Below, piece by piece: positions 1 through 10,216 of a stretch of DNA of 64,000 nucleotides. This stretch comes from Cyanobacteria bacterium auto_48_18 (lineage in GTDB: Bacteria; Cyanobacteriota; Vampirovibrionia; Obscuribacterales; Obscuribacteraceae), in NCBI GenBank assembly GCA_036170915.1, contig JAVHQC010000006.1, positions 192,001 to 256,000 of the forward strand, written 5' to 3'. The position numbers were made by a program, and so were the translations under genes. How positions within the stretch are numbered: the first letter of the stretch is position 1; each line of letters opens with the position of its first letter. Under the pieces are notes generated by a model, which was not told the DNA's origin, did not search any database, and saw only the letters and a list, made by a program, of their open reading frames with translations.

Positions 1-1
1 C

Positions 2-2266
2 ATTGATTTTCCATCCATTCCTGGTGTGCTCAGCCGACTGGCAAAAAATCGGCAGATGGGCGCCCTATTAACCGATGGTGGCGGTGAAGTATTGCTGGCC
101 AATAAGAGCTTTTACGATCTTACCGGCCATCACAATGCAGATGGTGCCGAGCTTGAACTTTATTTTGAACGTGAGGGGAAACTATTCCGCAGTCTTGATT
201 TGCCATGGCATGTGGTGCTTTCTACCGGACAGTTCCAAACTCGCAGATTGGCACTGAGTGATGGTTCAAAGGGAGAGCGCCTGCGCTGGTTGCAATTTTG
301 CTGTCAACCCCTTTTATCTAGTGCTGGTGGTTTGGAAGGCGTGCTCACAATTGTCGCTGAAGCAACTGAAGAAATCGAAATAGAAGATCGTGTCGCTCAT
401 GTTATTGACCTTTTAGCGCAACAGATTGTCGAGATAGAACAGCCCACCAGCAGACTTACGGCTTTGATGAACAGAGTGCGCGGGCTCGATGACTTTTTGC
501 CGCACAAAAGCGTCTTGCCGGTTGAGTTGGTGGCGGTTGAAGATACTGTGTCTGAAGATCAGTTGCATTACCGAGCTTTACTTGATGGCACTGCTGTAGA
601 AGCTAAAGCAAAAGGTAGAAATGGTGCTCAGAGAAAAGCGGCGCCACCTGATTTAGTGCAAGAAGTGCCGGCTCATCAAAGTGCTACAGATATATTGCAA
701 GAAAGCATTTCGGCTGAGGCCGCTTCGGCAATTCAAGCGTTCGAGGACAGCTTCAGCATTGACCTTGATGCCAACTCGAACGTTGAGCCTATTGCTGAAT
801 CAGCTATTGAATCAGTGACTGAATCAGAAGAATCAGATGCTGAGTCTGACGATAGTAGCGTCACTGAGCAGGAACAAGATATTTTTGCTTCACAGACTGA
901 TTTTGCACCATTGCAAGTTACATCTGAAATTGAAGAATTGCATGAAGCAGAAGAATCTGAACCAGAATTAGATTCAGACTCAGAATTAAACTTAGAGCCA
1001 GCGCTAACTGCCGCCGCCGCAGCTGATATTGATCCTGCATCTTTGTATTTACCGACTACAGACGATGACACTCAGCTGTGGAGCGAATTTTCTGACTTTT
1101 CAGCTGAACGAATGTTGCCGGTCGATGATCTTTCGCACGATGATGACGAAAATCAAGATCTGCTCGAGCCTTTGTTAGAAGAAAAGTCGGAAGAACTATC
1201 GGAACAGCCAGAGCTAGAACCAGCACCAGAACAAGAGCTAGAACTCGAACAAGAGCCAGAACAAGAGCCAGAACCAGAGCCAGTTGTCGAATCAAGCGAA
1301 GTACAGCCTCTTACTGAAGAAGCCGTGCAAATTACTGATCAATCAACTGATGCCACTGCTTCGCTACATGCTTCAGAAGCCGAATCAGAAGTTGAATCAG
1401 GAGCTGAAGCAGAAGCTAAATCAGAAATTAGCGTCACCATATTAGAAGAACCCACATCTGCTCCTGTGCTTACACGTGCTGCAGCGGGAAAATGCGCCCT
1501 GATTGTCGATGACATTCCGGTGAACCAAAAGCTCCTTGTTTTGCAGCTGAAGCGCCTCAATTTCGCCACCGACATTGCTAATAATGGCCAGGAAGCCTTA
1601 AACCGCCTGGCAAAGTTCGACTACGATATTGTTTTCATGGATTGCGATATGCCGGTAATGAACGGCTATGATGCCACCATTGCCATTCGCAAAATCGAAA
1701 TGGAGAGTGGTCGTCATATTCCTATTGTGGCCATGACTTCATACGATCGCGATGCTGACAAAGAACGCTGTTTGGCAGCCGGTATGGACGATTATTTAAC
1801 TAAGGGAGTTAATGCCTCCTCTCTCTCTCGTGTGATCGAACGTTGTTGTGACAAGGCGAAAAAAGAAGAAGGCGATGGCGGCTTCGGCATAGACAATTCA
1901 GAAACAGAACCTTTCGATGCTGCCATCATGGCAAGCAACTATGGCAAAGAAGAGCTTAACGAGGTGGTGCGCTTGTTTCTCAGCTCAATGGAAGTCTTCG
2001 TCAATTCAATGCAGAAAGCCATTGACTCTAGAGATGGTGCTCTAGTTACATCTTTAGCAAATTCTATTAAAGGTCCATCAGCGACGCTTGGCCTGCACTT
2101 AATCACTAAAGTGACTAACGACATTTTGACTTTCTCTGAAGCTGAAGATTGGCCACAAGTGCGACTCAAATATTTGAAGCTGAAAACCGTTTATTTGCGT
2201 TCGCAAGAACAACTGCGCAAATTATGCCCTGATGTATTTACCGAAGGAGCCCACCTCTTTGGGTAA
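2..2266 (+). CDS. Response regulator receiver protein with PAS-like N-terminus, long acidic linker and degenerate Hpt-like C-terminus (5' partial)
   Basis: Frame is open to the window edge. REC motifs: LIVDD...FMDCDMPVMNG...AMTS...DDYLTK. C-terminal LANSIKGPSATLG resembles an Hpt helix. The middle ~250 aa are E/D/S-rich. Confidence 0.8.
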   Translation: MDFPSIPGVLSRLAKNRQMGALLTDGGGEVLLANKSFYDLTGHHNADGAELELYFEREGKLFRSLDLPWHVVLSTGQFQTRRLALSDGSKGERLRWLQFCCQPLLSSAGGLEGVLTIVAEATEEIEIEDRVAHVIDLLAQQIVEIEQPTSRLTALMNRVRGLDDFLPHKSVLPVELVAVEDTVSEDQLHYRALLDGTAVEAKAKGRNGAQRKAAPPDLVQEVPAHQSATDILQESISAEAASAIQAFEDSFSIDLDANSNVEPIAESAIESVTESEESDAESDDSSVTEQEQDIFASQTDFAPLQVTSEIEELHEAEESEPELDSDSELNLEPALTAAAAADIDPASLYLPTTDDDTQLWSEFSDFSAERMLPVDDLSHDDDENQDLLEPLLEEKSEELSEQPELEPAPEQELELEQEPEQEPEPEPVVESSEVQPLTEEAVQITDQSTDATASLHASEAESEVESGAEAEAKSEISVTILEEPTSAPVLTRAAAGKCALIVDDIPVNQKLLVLQLKRLNFATDIANNGQEALNRLAKFDYDIVFMDCDMPVMNGYDATIAIRKIEMESGRHIPIVAMTSYDRDADKERCLAAGMDDYLTKGVNASSLSRVIERCCDKAKKEEGDGGFGIDNSETEPFDAAIMASNYGKEELNEVVRLFLSSMEVFVNSMQKAIDSRDGALVTSLANSIKGPSATLGLHLITKVTNDILTFSEAEDWPQVRLKYLKLKTVYLRSQEQLRKLCPDVFTEGAHLFG
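1202..1282 (+). repeat. In-frame 6/12-nt microrepeat (GAACAAGAGCCA-like) encoding EQPELEPAPEQELELEQEPEQEPEPEP
   Basis: Tandem GAAC(A/C)AGAGC(C/T)A units read directly. Confidence 0.8.
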
Positions 2267-2271
2267 AACAG

Positions 2272-2637
2272 ATGACTGAAGGCCTTTCTACCAACGTCAA
2301 TAATGAACCTGAACCGGCCAGACTGTCTGAGCTGGAAGAACAATTTGACGTGGAGATGGCCAAAGAACTTGTGGCAGCCTATCTCGAAGACACCGAAGAC
2401 GTGCTAGATCGCATGCAGGAGGCGATTATTGATCGTGATGCCGCAGCACTCAAATCAGTTTCGCACATGCTCAAAGGCGCTTCACGAATTATCACCGCAA
2501 GCGCACTAGAATCTGCGGCCAGTGACATGGAAGAGTTGATTGCCAGTCAGAACTGGCTATTGGCCGAGTCAAAGTATGAAGCTTTGAAAGCTGTCTATAC
2601 GCGTACTGTCGACTATCTGAGGCTATATTTGCAATGA
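2272..2637 (+). CDS. Stand-alone Hpt (histidine phosphotransfer) protein
   Basis: 121-aa helical protein with canonical SHMLKGAS (H-x-x-K-G) motif. Confidence 0.85.
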   Translation: MTEGLSTNVNNEPEPARLSELEEQFDVEMAKELVAAYLEDTEDVLDRMQEAIIDRDAAALKSVSHMLKGASRIITASALESAASDMEELIASQNWLLAESKYEALKAVYTRTVDYLRLYLQ

Positions 2638-4574
2638 TTGGCAGTGACACTCTTGTACTAATCGCATTGGCTCTGGCTGCCATTGCACTGCTGGCAGCAG
2701 TCGTCGGTAACATTGCTTTGCGCAAGCGCATGGATGTTACTCCTGACCGTGGTCGCAATAGTAGTAGCCAACTGAACACTGATATGGCAGCTTTGAAGCG
2801 CGAAGTTGCTATGCTTAGCGATACAGTGGAGCGCTTTCGAGCTCAGAGCCTGGCGGGCATCAGCGAAAGCATTGCTGAAAAAAGCACTACCATCAAAGCC
2901 GATCTCAGTCACGAGTTGCATCGTGAATTAGAGGTTGTAACCGATGAGTTCGACAAGGCGCTTTCATCAATAGTTGAGCGACTCGACCAGAAGCAAGAAG
3001 AGCTTTCTGTGCGCATAGACAATTATAGTAGTGCCGCTTCAGCTGTAGTGGATCAAGCACCACCGGTGCAACCGCCACCGGTACAACTTCCTCCCCCACC
3101 TGACCCTCGCATCAACAACCTTATAGCCGCTTCAGTGATCGACCGCTTTCTCTCTTCACTAGAAGACGGTCAGGACAAACGCAAATGTCTGCTGGCGTCG
3201 CTCGATTCGGTGCAAGATACAGCAGTCTTATCCAAGTTGGCAGTGGCTTATCCGTCTACTAATTCGTGGCTGATTTTAAAAGAGCTGGCCGACCGAGGCG
3301 TGGTTAGCGATATTGCCGGCTGGGCGCTTGTAAGTGGTGCGGCCCTCACTGCTGCTGCCGGCCAGCATCAGCAAGCAGAAGAATTTTATCAGGCGGCCCG
3401 ACTGAGCTTTTCTGCTGCCGGGGTCGTCAATCACGAAGGCTTATATGTTATCGCTCACAGTCTTGCGCGCCTGCTTGCTCAGGGTGACAGGGCTCCTTTG
3501 GCCGATATGCTTAAACAAGAAGCTGAAACTCATTTGCGTTTTTTGATGGAAACAAAGCCTACAGCCATGGCATTACCCGCGGTGCAGTTGGCCGAGTTCT
3601 ATATTAATGAAGAACGTTTTGAAGCTGCCAGTATTTTGTTTCGTCAGATAATTGATCTGGCCAGTCAAGTCTTTCCTGATGCCATTTACAATGGCGAAAG
3701 CGCCGGCCGTCTCTGGCAGGGGTTGGCTTTCAGCCTCTCTCGTCTGGTTAACAAAACTGAACCTAGAGAATTCTTTTTATTCATTGGCGACGATACTATC
3801 GCCTTTTTGGAAAAGGCTCTGGCAGCAAAAATGCCGCTTTCTGATAGCGAGCGTCAGGCGATGCAACTTTGTTTGCTCAGACTTTGTGAGCGTGACAAAG
3901 ATTGTGCTGCTGCTCTAACTGTAGCCAAGAGTCTGCTCGATGATGGTGTCAGGCTGGCTGTTGATAGCGAGAACAAAGAAAGGTTCAATTTTGTCGCCGG
4001 CGAAATATTGTGTACTGTAGATGAATTGCAATTGAGCCGCAAAAAAGATGGTATGCCTCTTTTGAAACGGCTTGTTGGAATTTTTATGGCCGTTAATAAT
4101 CATAATAAAGCAGCCTCGGCAGGTGCCAAGCTGGTAGACGCCACCCTTGATCTATTCGGTGACGCTTCGCTTGAAACTGTGGCACCAATAAACGCTCTAG
4201 CAGAAGTGTACAAAGCTATGGGACGCTATGATCTGGCCGAAGAGTGCTATCGTCAAATTCTTGAAATTCAATATAAAGTCTATCCCGCCGAACACGAAGA
4301 AATGGTTGACGTCTTACTCAATCTGGCTCAAGTGTGCAAATTACAAAAAGACGTAGGTGAGGCCGAAATTTTCTTGGAAAGTGCAATGGAAATGTGCAGT
4401 CATGTTTTTGAAGCATCTGACGAAACCAAGTCTAATTCAGATTCTAATTCAGATCCAGATTCAAATTCAGAGTCGAAATCAGTAGCTGAAGAGATGGAAG
4501 AGTCGCAACGGCGTCGCAAGGCTTTAATGGACCGCGCTGAAGCCTTGAAAGGTCAATTATCGCACGCTCTTTAG
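2634..4574 (+). CDS. Membrane-anchored tetratricopeptide-repeat protein
   Basis: N-terminal hydrophobic helix, coiled coil, Pro-rich linker, then TPR-like repeats (INALAEVYKAMGRYDLAEECYRQILEI; LLNLAQVCKLQKDVGEAEIFLESAMEM). ATGA overlap with the Hpt gene. Confidence 0.7.
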   Translation: MIGSDTLVLIALALAAIALLAAVVGNIALRKRMDVTPDRGRNSSSQLNTDMAALKREVAMLSDTVERFRAQSLAGISESIAEKSTTIKADLSHELHRELEVVTDEFDKALSSIVERLDQKQEELSVRIDNYSSAASAVVDQAPPVQPPPVQLPPPPDPRINNLIAASVIDRFLSSLEDGQDKRKCLLASLDSVQDTAVLSKLAVAYPSTNSWLILKELADRGVVSDIAGWALVSGAALTAAAGQHQQAEEFYQAARLSFSAAGVVNHEGLYVIAHSLARLLAQGDRAPLADMLKQEAETHLRFLMETKPTAMALPAVQLAEFYINEERFEAASILFRQIIDLASQVFPDAIYNGESAGRLWQGLAFSLSRLVNKTEPREFFLFIGDDTIAFLEKALAAKMPLSDSERQAMQLCLLRLCERDKDCAAALTVAKSLLDDGVRLAVDSENKERFNFVAGEILCTVDELQLSRKKDGMPLLKRLVGIFMAVNNHNKAASAGAKLVDATLDLFGDASLETVAPINALAEVYKAMGRYDLAEECYRQILEIQYKVYPAEHEEMVDVLLNLAQVCKLQKDVGEAEIFLESAMEMCSHVFEASDETKSNSDSNSDPDSNSESKSVAEEMEESQRRRKALMDRAEALKGQLSHAL

Positions 4575-4577
4575 TGC

Positions 4578-5906
4578 TTAGCTGCGGTTGACTTTCACAT
4601 TAGCAAAAAACTCATCAAAGCACTGAACCATATATTCAACTTTTTCGTCGTTGATACCAGGATAGACGCCGATGACAAAAGAATTATTCATAACTCGATC
4701 AGAATTTTCCAGTGAGCCGACTTGGCGCATATTGATGTTTTGATAGGCCGGCTGCCTGACCAGGTTTCCGCCAAATATGTGCCTGGTGGCAATTTTTTTG
4801 CTTTCCAGATGGTGCACCAGATCGGCTCGTTTAAATTTGGCTTTGTCTTTCACCGTGATTACAAAACCAAACCACGATGGGTCACTACCAGCAGTGGCGC
4901 AAGGCAAAATTAAGTCGTCTTCGTATTTGCTCAGACTTTCTTTGAGCCTGCTCCAGTTGGCCCTGCGGGCTGCGCCAAAGCCAGCGACTTTATTTAGTTG
5001 AGCTACTCCGATAGCAGCCTGCATGTCAGTCAACTTGAGGTTGTATCCGACGTGTGAATAGATGTACTTGTGATCGTAGCCAGATGGCAATGATCCTAAT
5101 TGCCAGCCGAAGCGCTTACCGCAAGTGTTGTCTTTACCAGGGTCGCAGTAACAGTCTCGTCCCCAGTCACGAAAAGATTCGACAATAATTTTAAGAATTG
5201 CATCACTGGTGACAACACAGCCGCCTTCACCCATGGTGATATGGTGCGCCGGATAGAAGCTCGAAGTAGCCAGATCGCCAAAGGTGCCAGTCAGCTGGCC
5301 GTTGTACAAACTGCCGAGAGCGTCGCAATTGTCTTCAATCAAAAAGAGATTGTGTTTTTTTGCAAATGCACAAACTGCCCCGAGGTCAAAAGGATTGCCT
5401 AAAGTGTGAGCCACTATCATTGCTCTGCTGCGTGGGCTCAGTGCTTCTTCTAAATAGTTGACGTCAATATTCATTGTGGTTAATTCCACATCTACGAATA
5501 CGGGGGTCAAATTATTCTGAATGATTGGATTGACTGTGGTGGGGAAACCGGCAGCTACGGTAATTACCTCATCTCCTGGCAACAATTGTCTGTCTTTCAA
5601 GCGTTCTGAAGTCAACGCTGAGACAGCCAATAGATTCGCCGACGAGCCCGAATTACAAAGCAAGGCATAGCGCCTGCCCAGGTAACGGGCAAATTCTTGC
5701 TCGAATTGTTTAGCGAAACGCCCCGTGGTAAGCCAGAAATCTAGCGACGAGTCCACCAGATTGACCAGCTCTTCTTCGTCAAAAATTCGGCCGGCATAAG
5801 GCACGAATGTTTTACCCGGTTCAAAGGTCTCAGCAGGCCAGTTTTCAGCATAGAAGGCGCGGGTCAGCTCTAGAATCTGCGCTCTCAATTGTTCGGATTT
5901 TGACAT
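4578..5906 (-). CDS. rfbH: CDP-4-dehydro-6-deoxyglucose 3-dehydratase (RfbH/DdhC, DegT family)
   Basis: [16 protein letters not shown] and [14 protein letters not shown] (His in place of the Schiff-base Lys), plus RDWGRDCYC...DNTCGKRF iron-sulfur motif. Confidence 0.92.
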   Translation of the reverse strand: MSKSEQLRAQILELTRAFYAENWPAETFEPGKTFVPYAGRIFDEEELVNLVDSSLDFWLTTGRFAKQFEQEFARYLGRRYALLCNSGSSANLLAVSALTSERLKDRQLLPGDEVITVAAGFPTTVNPIIQNNLTPVFVDVELTTMNIDVNYLEEALSPRSRAMIVAHTLGNPFDLGAVCAFAKKHNLFLIEDNCDALGSLYNGQLTGTFGDLATSSFYPAHHITMGEGGCVVTSDAILKIIVESFRDWGRDCYCDPGKDNTCGKRFGWQLGSLPSGYDHKYIYSHVGYNLKLTDMQAAIGVAQLNKVAGFGAARRANWSRLKESLSKYEDDLILPCATAGSDPSWFGFVITVKDKAKFKRADLVHHLESKKIATRHIFGGNLVRQPAYQNINMRQVGSLENSDRVMNNSFVIGVYPGINDEKVEYMVQCFDEFFANVKVNRS

Positions 5907-5944
5907 CAAAGTCTCTTACTGTTGCTCGTGAAGACCGGGCCGAA

Positions 5945-5964
5945 GCGGCTATAATTATAGCCGC
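5945..5964. promoter_or_regulatory. Perfect 20-bp palindrome carrying TATAAT on both strands, between divergent rfbH and rfbF
   Basis: GCGGCTATAATTATAGCCGC equals its own reverse complement. Confidence 0.7.
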
Positions 5965-5984
5965 CTCTTACAATTGGATAAACC

Positions 5985-6758
5985 ATGAAAGTAGTGATTC
6001 TTGCCGGTGGTCTTGGCACAAGATTGCAGGAAGAGACCTCCGTCAAGCCTAAACCTATGGTAGAAATAGGCGGCCGACCCATGCTCTGGCATATCATGAA
6101 GCTTTATGCTTCTCATGGCTATAAAGAGTTTGTCATAGCTCTTGGATACAAGGGCGGCGTTATCAAGGACTATTTTCTCAATTATCGCCATCGCGACAGC
6201 AATCTGGTGGTCTCACTGAAGAGCGGTGATGTTACCGTAAGCCAGTGTGATGATGTCGAAGACTGGACCGTGCATTTGATTGATACCGGCCATGATGCCA
6301 TGACAGGGGGCCGTATCAAATGCGCCGCTGAGTACATTGGTGACGAGCCATTTATGGTCACATACGGTGACGGTGTAGCAGACGTCGATATCAAAAAAGT
6401 AGTTGAACATCACAAGCTATCTGGGCTTAAAGCAACGGTCACAGCAGTCAGACCACCGGCTCGCTTTGGCGCCATATATCTTGAAAATACTAAAGTAGAA
6501 CGCTTTGAAGAAAAACCGCAGACAGGAGCCGGCTGGATTAACGGCGGTTTCTTTGTGTTGGAGCCTGGGGTAAAAGATTATATAGCCGACTCTACAACTA
6601 TTTTTGAAAGAGATCCGTTGAATCGCCTTGCAAGTGAAGGGCAGCTGGCTTCGTACCAGCACCATGGCTTCTGGCAATGCATGGACACCGTGCGTGACGT
6701 TGAGCTGCTGCAAAAATTATGGAGCGAAAATCAAGCGCCGTGGAAAGTTTGGGGCTAG
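5985..6758 (+). CDS. rfbF: Glucose-1-phosphate cytidylyltransferase
   Basis: VILAGGLGTRLQEET..PKPMVEIG, TGGRIK, TYGDGV, WINGGFFV, FWQCMDT, APWKVW. Confidence 0.95.
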   Translation: MKVVILAGGLGTRLQEETSVKPKPMVEIGGRPMLWHIMKLYASHGYKEFVIALGYKGGVIKDYFLNYRHRDSNLVVSLKSGDVTVSQCDDVEDWTVHLIDTGHDAMTGGRIKCAAEYIGDEPFMVTYGDGVADVDIKKVVEHHKLSGLKATVTAVRPPARFGAIYLENTKVERFEEKPQTGAGWINGGFFVLEPGVKDYIADSTTIFERDPLNRLASEGQLASYQHHGFWQCMDTVRDVELLQKLWSENQAPWKVWG

Positions 6759-6762
6759 AGTA

Positions 6763-7218
6763 ATGAAAGAAATAGATGGAGTGCTGATTAAACCGTTAAG
6801 TCAAATTGGTGACGAACGCGGCAAAATTATGCATATGATGCGCGCCGACGACAGCGCCTTCGAAAAGTTCGGAGAGATTTACTTTTCAGTTGTTTATCCT
6901 GGTGTGATTAAAGGCTGGCATTTGCATAAAGAAATGACACTCAACTACGCATGCGTCAGCGGCAAGATCAAGCTCGTGCTTTTTGATGAGCGTGAAAGTT
7001 CACCGAGCAAGGGCGTTTTGCAAGAAATATTTCTAGGAGAAGAGAATTACAAACTGGTGCAGATTCCGCCTGGTGTCTGGAATGGCTTTAAGGGTGTGGG
7101 CATCAAAGAGGCTATAGTGGCTAATCTTGCCACCACTGCACATGACCCGCACGAGATCACGCGCATGGATCCTTTGAATAATTACATTGGTTATGACTGG
7201 TCACTGATAAATAAATGA
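6763..7218 (+). CDS. dTDP-4-dehydrorhamnose 3,5-epimerase family (RmlC-like cupin)
   Basis: DERG, GVIKGWHLH and IPPGVWNGFK motifs. Start moved to ATG 6763, just after the rfbF stop. Confidence 0.85.
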   Translation: MKEIDGVLIKPLSQIGDERGKIMHMMRADDSAFEKFGEIYFSVVYPGVIKGWHLHKEMTLNYACVSGKIKLVLFDERESSPSKGVLQEIFLGEENYKLVQIPPGVWNGFKGVGIKEAIVANLATTAHDPHEITRMDPLNNYIGYDWSLINK

Positions 7219-8120
7219 GCATCAACGAAATCAAGCGTGCCCTCGTAATTGGCGCATCGGGGCAGGTTGGTGGTGTGATTGCCCGCCGGCTCGTTGCTTC
7301 TGGTGTCACCACCTGTGGTACTTACTGTGGTCACAAGCCTGAACAAAGTAGTAATTACGAACTACAGCATTTAGACTTGCTCGACAGTGATGAAGTTCAC
7401 AAAGTCATAAAAGATGCAGCCCCTGACTGCATTTATTTAGCCGCTTCATACACTGATGTTGACGGCTGTGAAAACGACCCTGAGCGCTCATATGCTGTCA
7501 ACGTCTCTGGTGTGCGCGATATGGTATCCGCAGTACAAGATAAACCTTGCAAGCTCGTATATTTTTCCAGTGACTATGTTTTTGATGGTCTCAAAGGCCC
7601 CTATGACGAAAAAGCAAAGCCGGCTCCCCTCAACGTATACGGTCAGCATAAATTGGAAGCTGAACGCATTATTGCTTCAAGCGGTCTCAGTAATGTAATT
7701 GTGCGCACCACTGTGGTCTACGGAGATGAATGGCAGCGCAAAAATTTTGTGGCTCGCCTCATTGCCACTCTCGGTAAAGGTGAAAGCTTAACTGTGCCGA
7801 ACGATCAAATCGGCAATCCAACTTATAACGAAACACTGGCTGACGCTTCCATTGAACTCTGTAATTCATACAATCAGGGCGTCTTTAACATTGCCGGCCA
7901 GGAACGCGTCAGTCGTTATCAATTTGCGTTGGAAGCTGCTCAAGTCTTTGGGCTAGACCAATCATTAATCAAAGCCACCTCCACTTCGGCTTTGAACCAG
8001 GCGGCAAAGCGACCGCTGGCCGGGGGTCTGATTTTGACAAAAGCAAAATCAGCCCTGAAAACAGAGCTGATTGGCTACAAAGACGGTTTGCTCAAATTAA
8101 AAGAGCTGCTGGCAGTCTAA
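7215..8120 (+). CDS. dTDP-4-dehydrorhamnose reductase family SDR (RfbD/RmlD-like)
   Basis: GASGQVG, AASYTDVDGCE, SSDYVFDG, YGQHK (YxxxK), DQIGNPT. Confidence 0.88.
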   Translation: MSINEIKRALVIGASGQVGGVIARRLVASGVTTCGTYCGHKPEQSSNYELQHLDLLDSDEVHKVIKDAAPDCIYLAASYTDVDGCENDPERSYAVNVSGVRDMVSAVQDKPCKLVYFSSDYVFDGLKGPYDEKAKPAPLNVYGQHKLEAERIIASSGLSNVIVRTTVVYGDEWQRKNFVARLIATLGKGESLTVPNDQIGNPTYNETLADASIELCNSYNQGVFNIAGQERVSRYQFALEAAQVFGLDQSLIKATSTSALNQAAKRPLAGGLILTKAKSALKTELIGYKDGLLKLKELLAV

Positions 8121-8134
8121 TTAATGTAATCGGT

Positions 8135-8458
8135 TTAGTCGTCTGGCCCCATTAAATCTGGAGTCGGTGTTGATGGAGGATTTAGTGGCCGTGGCATGGC
8201 GCTGGTGCCGCTGCCATATTGCTTCTCTTCAATTGATTTTAAAAATGCGTCTTGTTTGGCAGCACCAGCAGCCATTTCATCGGCTTTTTTAGCCAGCATT
8301 TTGGCCTGGGCCATTTCATCCCACCGCTGGCGCTCATGCTCTTCCATTTGCCTGCGGCGGTCAACTTCTTCGCGCTTGCGGCGCTCCACGCGTTCTTGTT
8401 CTACCCGGCGCAATGCCTCTTCTTCGCGCATTTTGCGCTGTTTATCCATTGAAGGCAT
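8135..8458 (-). CDS. Hypothetical highly charged (E/R-rich) helical protein
   Basis: ATG preceded by GGGAG; E/R/K-rich helix with a Pro-rich tail; fills the intergenic space. Confidence 0.55.
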   Translation of the reverse strand: MPSMDKQRKMREEEALRRVEQERVERRKREEVDRRRQMEEHERQRWDEMAQAKMLAKKADEMAAGAAKQDAFLKSIEEKQYGSGTSAMPRPLNPPSTPTPDLMGPDD

Positions 8459-8540
8459 GATTTTTCTCCCAACTGACCCAAATTGGACTCATTCTTAGAT
8501 TTACCCGCTTAAAGGCAAAAATAAAAGGTTGGTCTTTTAC

Positions 8541-10055
8541 TTACTGGCTGATGTCTTCCAGTTTACTTTTTCTGGCCACGCCGGTTTTAATCGCCACTTG
8601 AGCCACTGCTTCGGCCACACGTTGCCCCACCAGCGGATTAAAGACGCCAGGAATAATGTAATCTTCGTGCAGTTCACTATCTGAGATTACATTAGCGATA
8701 GCGTAGGCAGCAGCCAGCTTCATTTCTTCATTGATATCAGTTGCCTGGCAGTCGAGTGCCCCGCGGAAAATGCCTGGGAAGCACAATACGTTGTTAATCT
8801 GATTCGGATAATCAGACCGCCCAGTAGCCATAATGCGCACATATGGTGCAGCATCTTCAGGCATTACTTCCGGTACCGGATTAGCCATGGCAAAAACAAT
8901 CGGATCTTTAGCCATGCGTTTCAATGATTGGGCGTCTATGGTGCCGGGCCCCGACAGACCGAGGTAAAGATCGGCGCCATCTAGTGCATCTTCAATGGTG
9001 CCTTTAAAAGTAGAAGGATTGGTATTTTCGGCAAACCAATCTTTCATGTAATTCATATGCTCGCCGCGGCCTTTATAAATGGCGCCCTGGCGGTCAAAAC
9101 CGATGATGTTTTTGACTCCAGCATTCATCAGAATTTTAGAACAAGCTACTCCGGCGGCACCGACGCCGCTGACTATCACTTTCAAATTGGCAATGTCTTT
9201 CTTAACGATTTTAACTGCGTTTAAAAGAGCGGCCAGCACCACCACTGCAGTGCCATGTTGATCATCATGAAAAACTGGAATATCAAGTTCAGCTTTTAAT
9301 CTCTCTTCAATTTCAAAACAACGTGGTGCCGAAATATCTTCTAGATTTATGCCACCAAATACGGGGGCAATATTTTTGCAGGCTTTGATAATTTCTTCTA
9401 CGTCTTGTGTGGCCAGGGCGATAGGAAAAGCATCTACTTTGCCGAATTCTTTGAAGAGCATGCACTTGCCTTCCATGACTGGGAGTGATGCCTCGGGGCC
9501 GATATTGCCCAGGCCCAGCACAGCTGACCCGTCAGTGATGACAGCGACTGTATTGCGCTTGATGGTGAGTTTGTAGACGTTCTCAGGTTCGTTGTGAATG
9601 GCCATGCATACCCGTGCCACTCCTGGCGTGTAGGCCATGGAAAGATCATCACGGGTGGTCAGAGCTACTTTATTGGTGATTCTGATTTTGCCGCCCAGGT
9701 GCATTAAAAAGGTTCTGTCCGAGACATTGACCACTTCGATGCCAGGCATAGACTTTATTTGCGCTACCAGCTTTTCGCCGTGCTCAGAATTACGCACATT
9801 GACTGTTAAATCGCGCACAATGGCGTCTTTTTCGAAGCCATGAATATCAATGGCACCAATGTCTCCACCAACTTCACCAATCAGCGAAGTGACTTTTCCA
9901 AGCATGCCCGGTACGTTGTTAATTTTTAGCCTTAAGGTAAGGCTGTGACTGGCGCCGGGTTTTACTGAACCGGCCAAAATATCTGGATTTTTTTCGTCGC
10001 TTTTGCCTGCTGATTCGCCAGACTTATTTGTGGGTGATTGAAATTGAGTGGTCAT
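8541..10055 (-). CDS. NAD(P)-dependent malic enzyme with N-terminal ACT domain
   Basis: ACT-like NVPGMLGKVTSLIGEVGGDI; LSMAYTPGVA, TDGSAVLGLGNIG, INLEDI, FHDDQHGTA, ATGRSDYPNQINN. Confidence 0.92.
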   Translation of the reverse strand: MTTQFQSPTNKSGESAGKSDEKNPDILAGSVKPGASHSLTLRLKINNVPGMLGKVTSLIGEVGGDIGAIDIHGFEKDAIVRDLTVNVRNSEHGEKLVAQIKSMPGIEVVNVSDRTFLMHLGGKIRITNKVALTTRDDLSMAYTPGVARVCMAIHNEPENVYKLTIKRNTVAVITDGSAVLGLGNIGPEASLPVMEGKCMLFKEFGKVDAFPIALATQDVEEIIKACKNIAPVFGGINLEDISAPRCFEIEERLKAELDIPVFHDDQHGTAVVVLAALLNAVKIVKKDIANLKVIVSGVGAAGVACSKILMNAGVKNIIGFDRQGAIYKGRGEHMNYMKDWFAENTNPSTFKGTIEDALDGADLYLGLSGPGTIDAQSLKRMAKDPIVFAMANPVPEVMPEDAAPYVRIMATGRSDYPNQINNVLCFPGIFRGALDCQATDINEEMKLAAAYAIANVISDSELHEDYIIPGVFNPLVGQRVAEAVAQVAIKTGVARKSKLEDISQ

Positions 10056-10216
10056 TTATATTGCTCTCGTCTGCTTGGAAACGGTATCGACATTAAGGTG
10101 TCTGCATTTGAGTCTGTGTGGATTATGTTAAGCTGGACCTGTGCCAAAAGGCCATGCTTCTTCCTTTTTTTTAATGGCTTGGCAAGCTTTGTGGCCTTGA
10201 GGAGAACAAGAATTAA

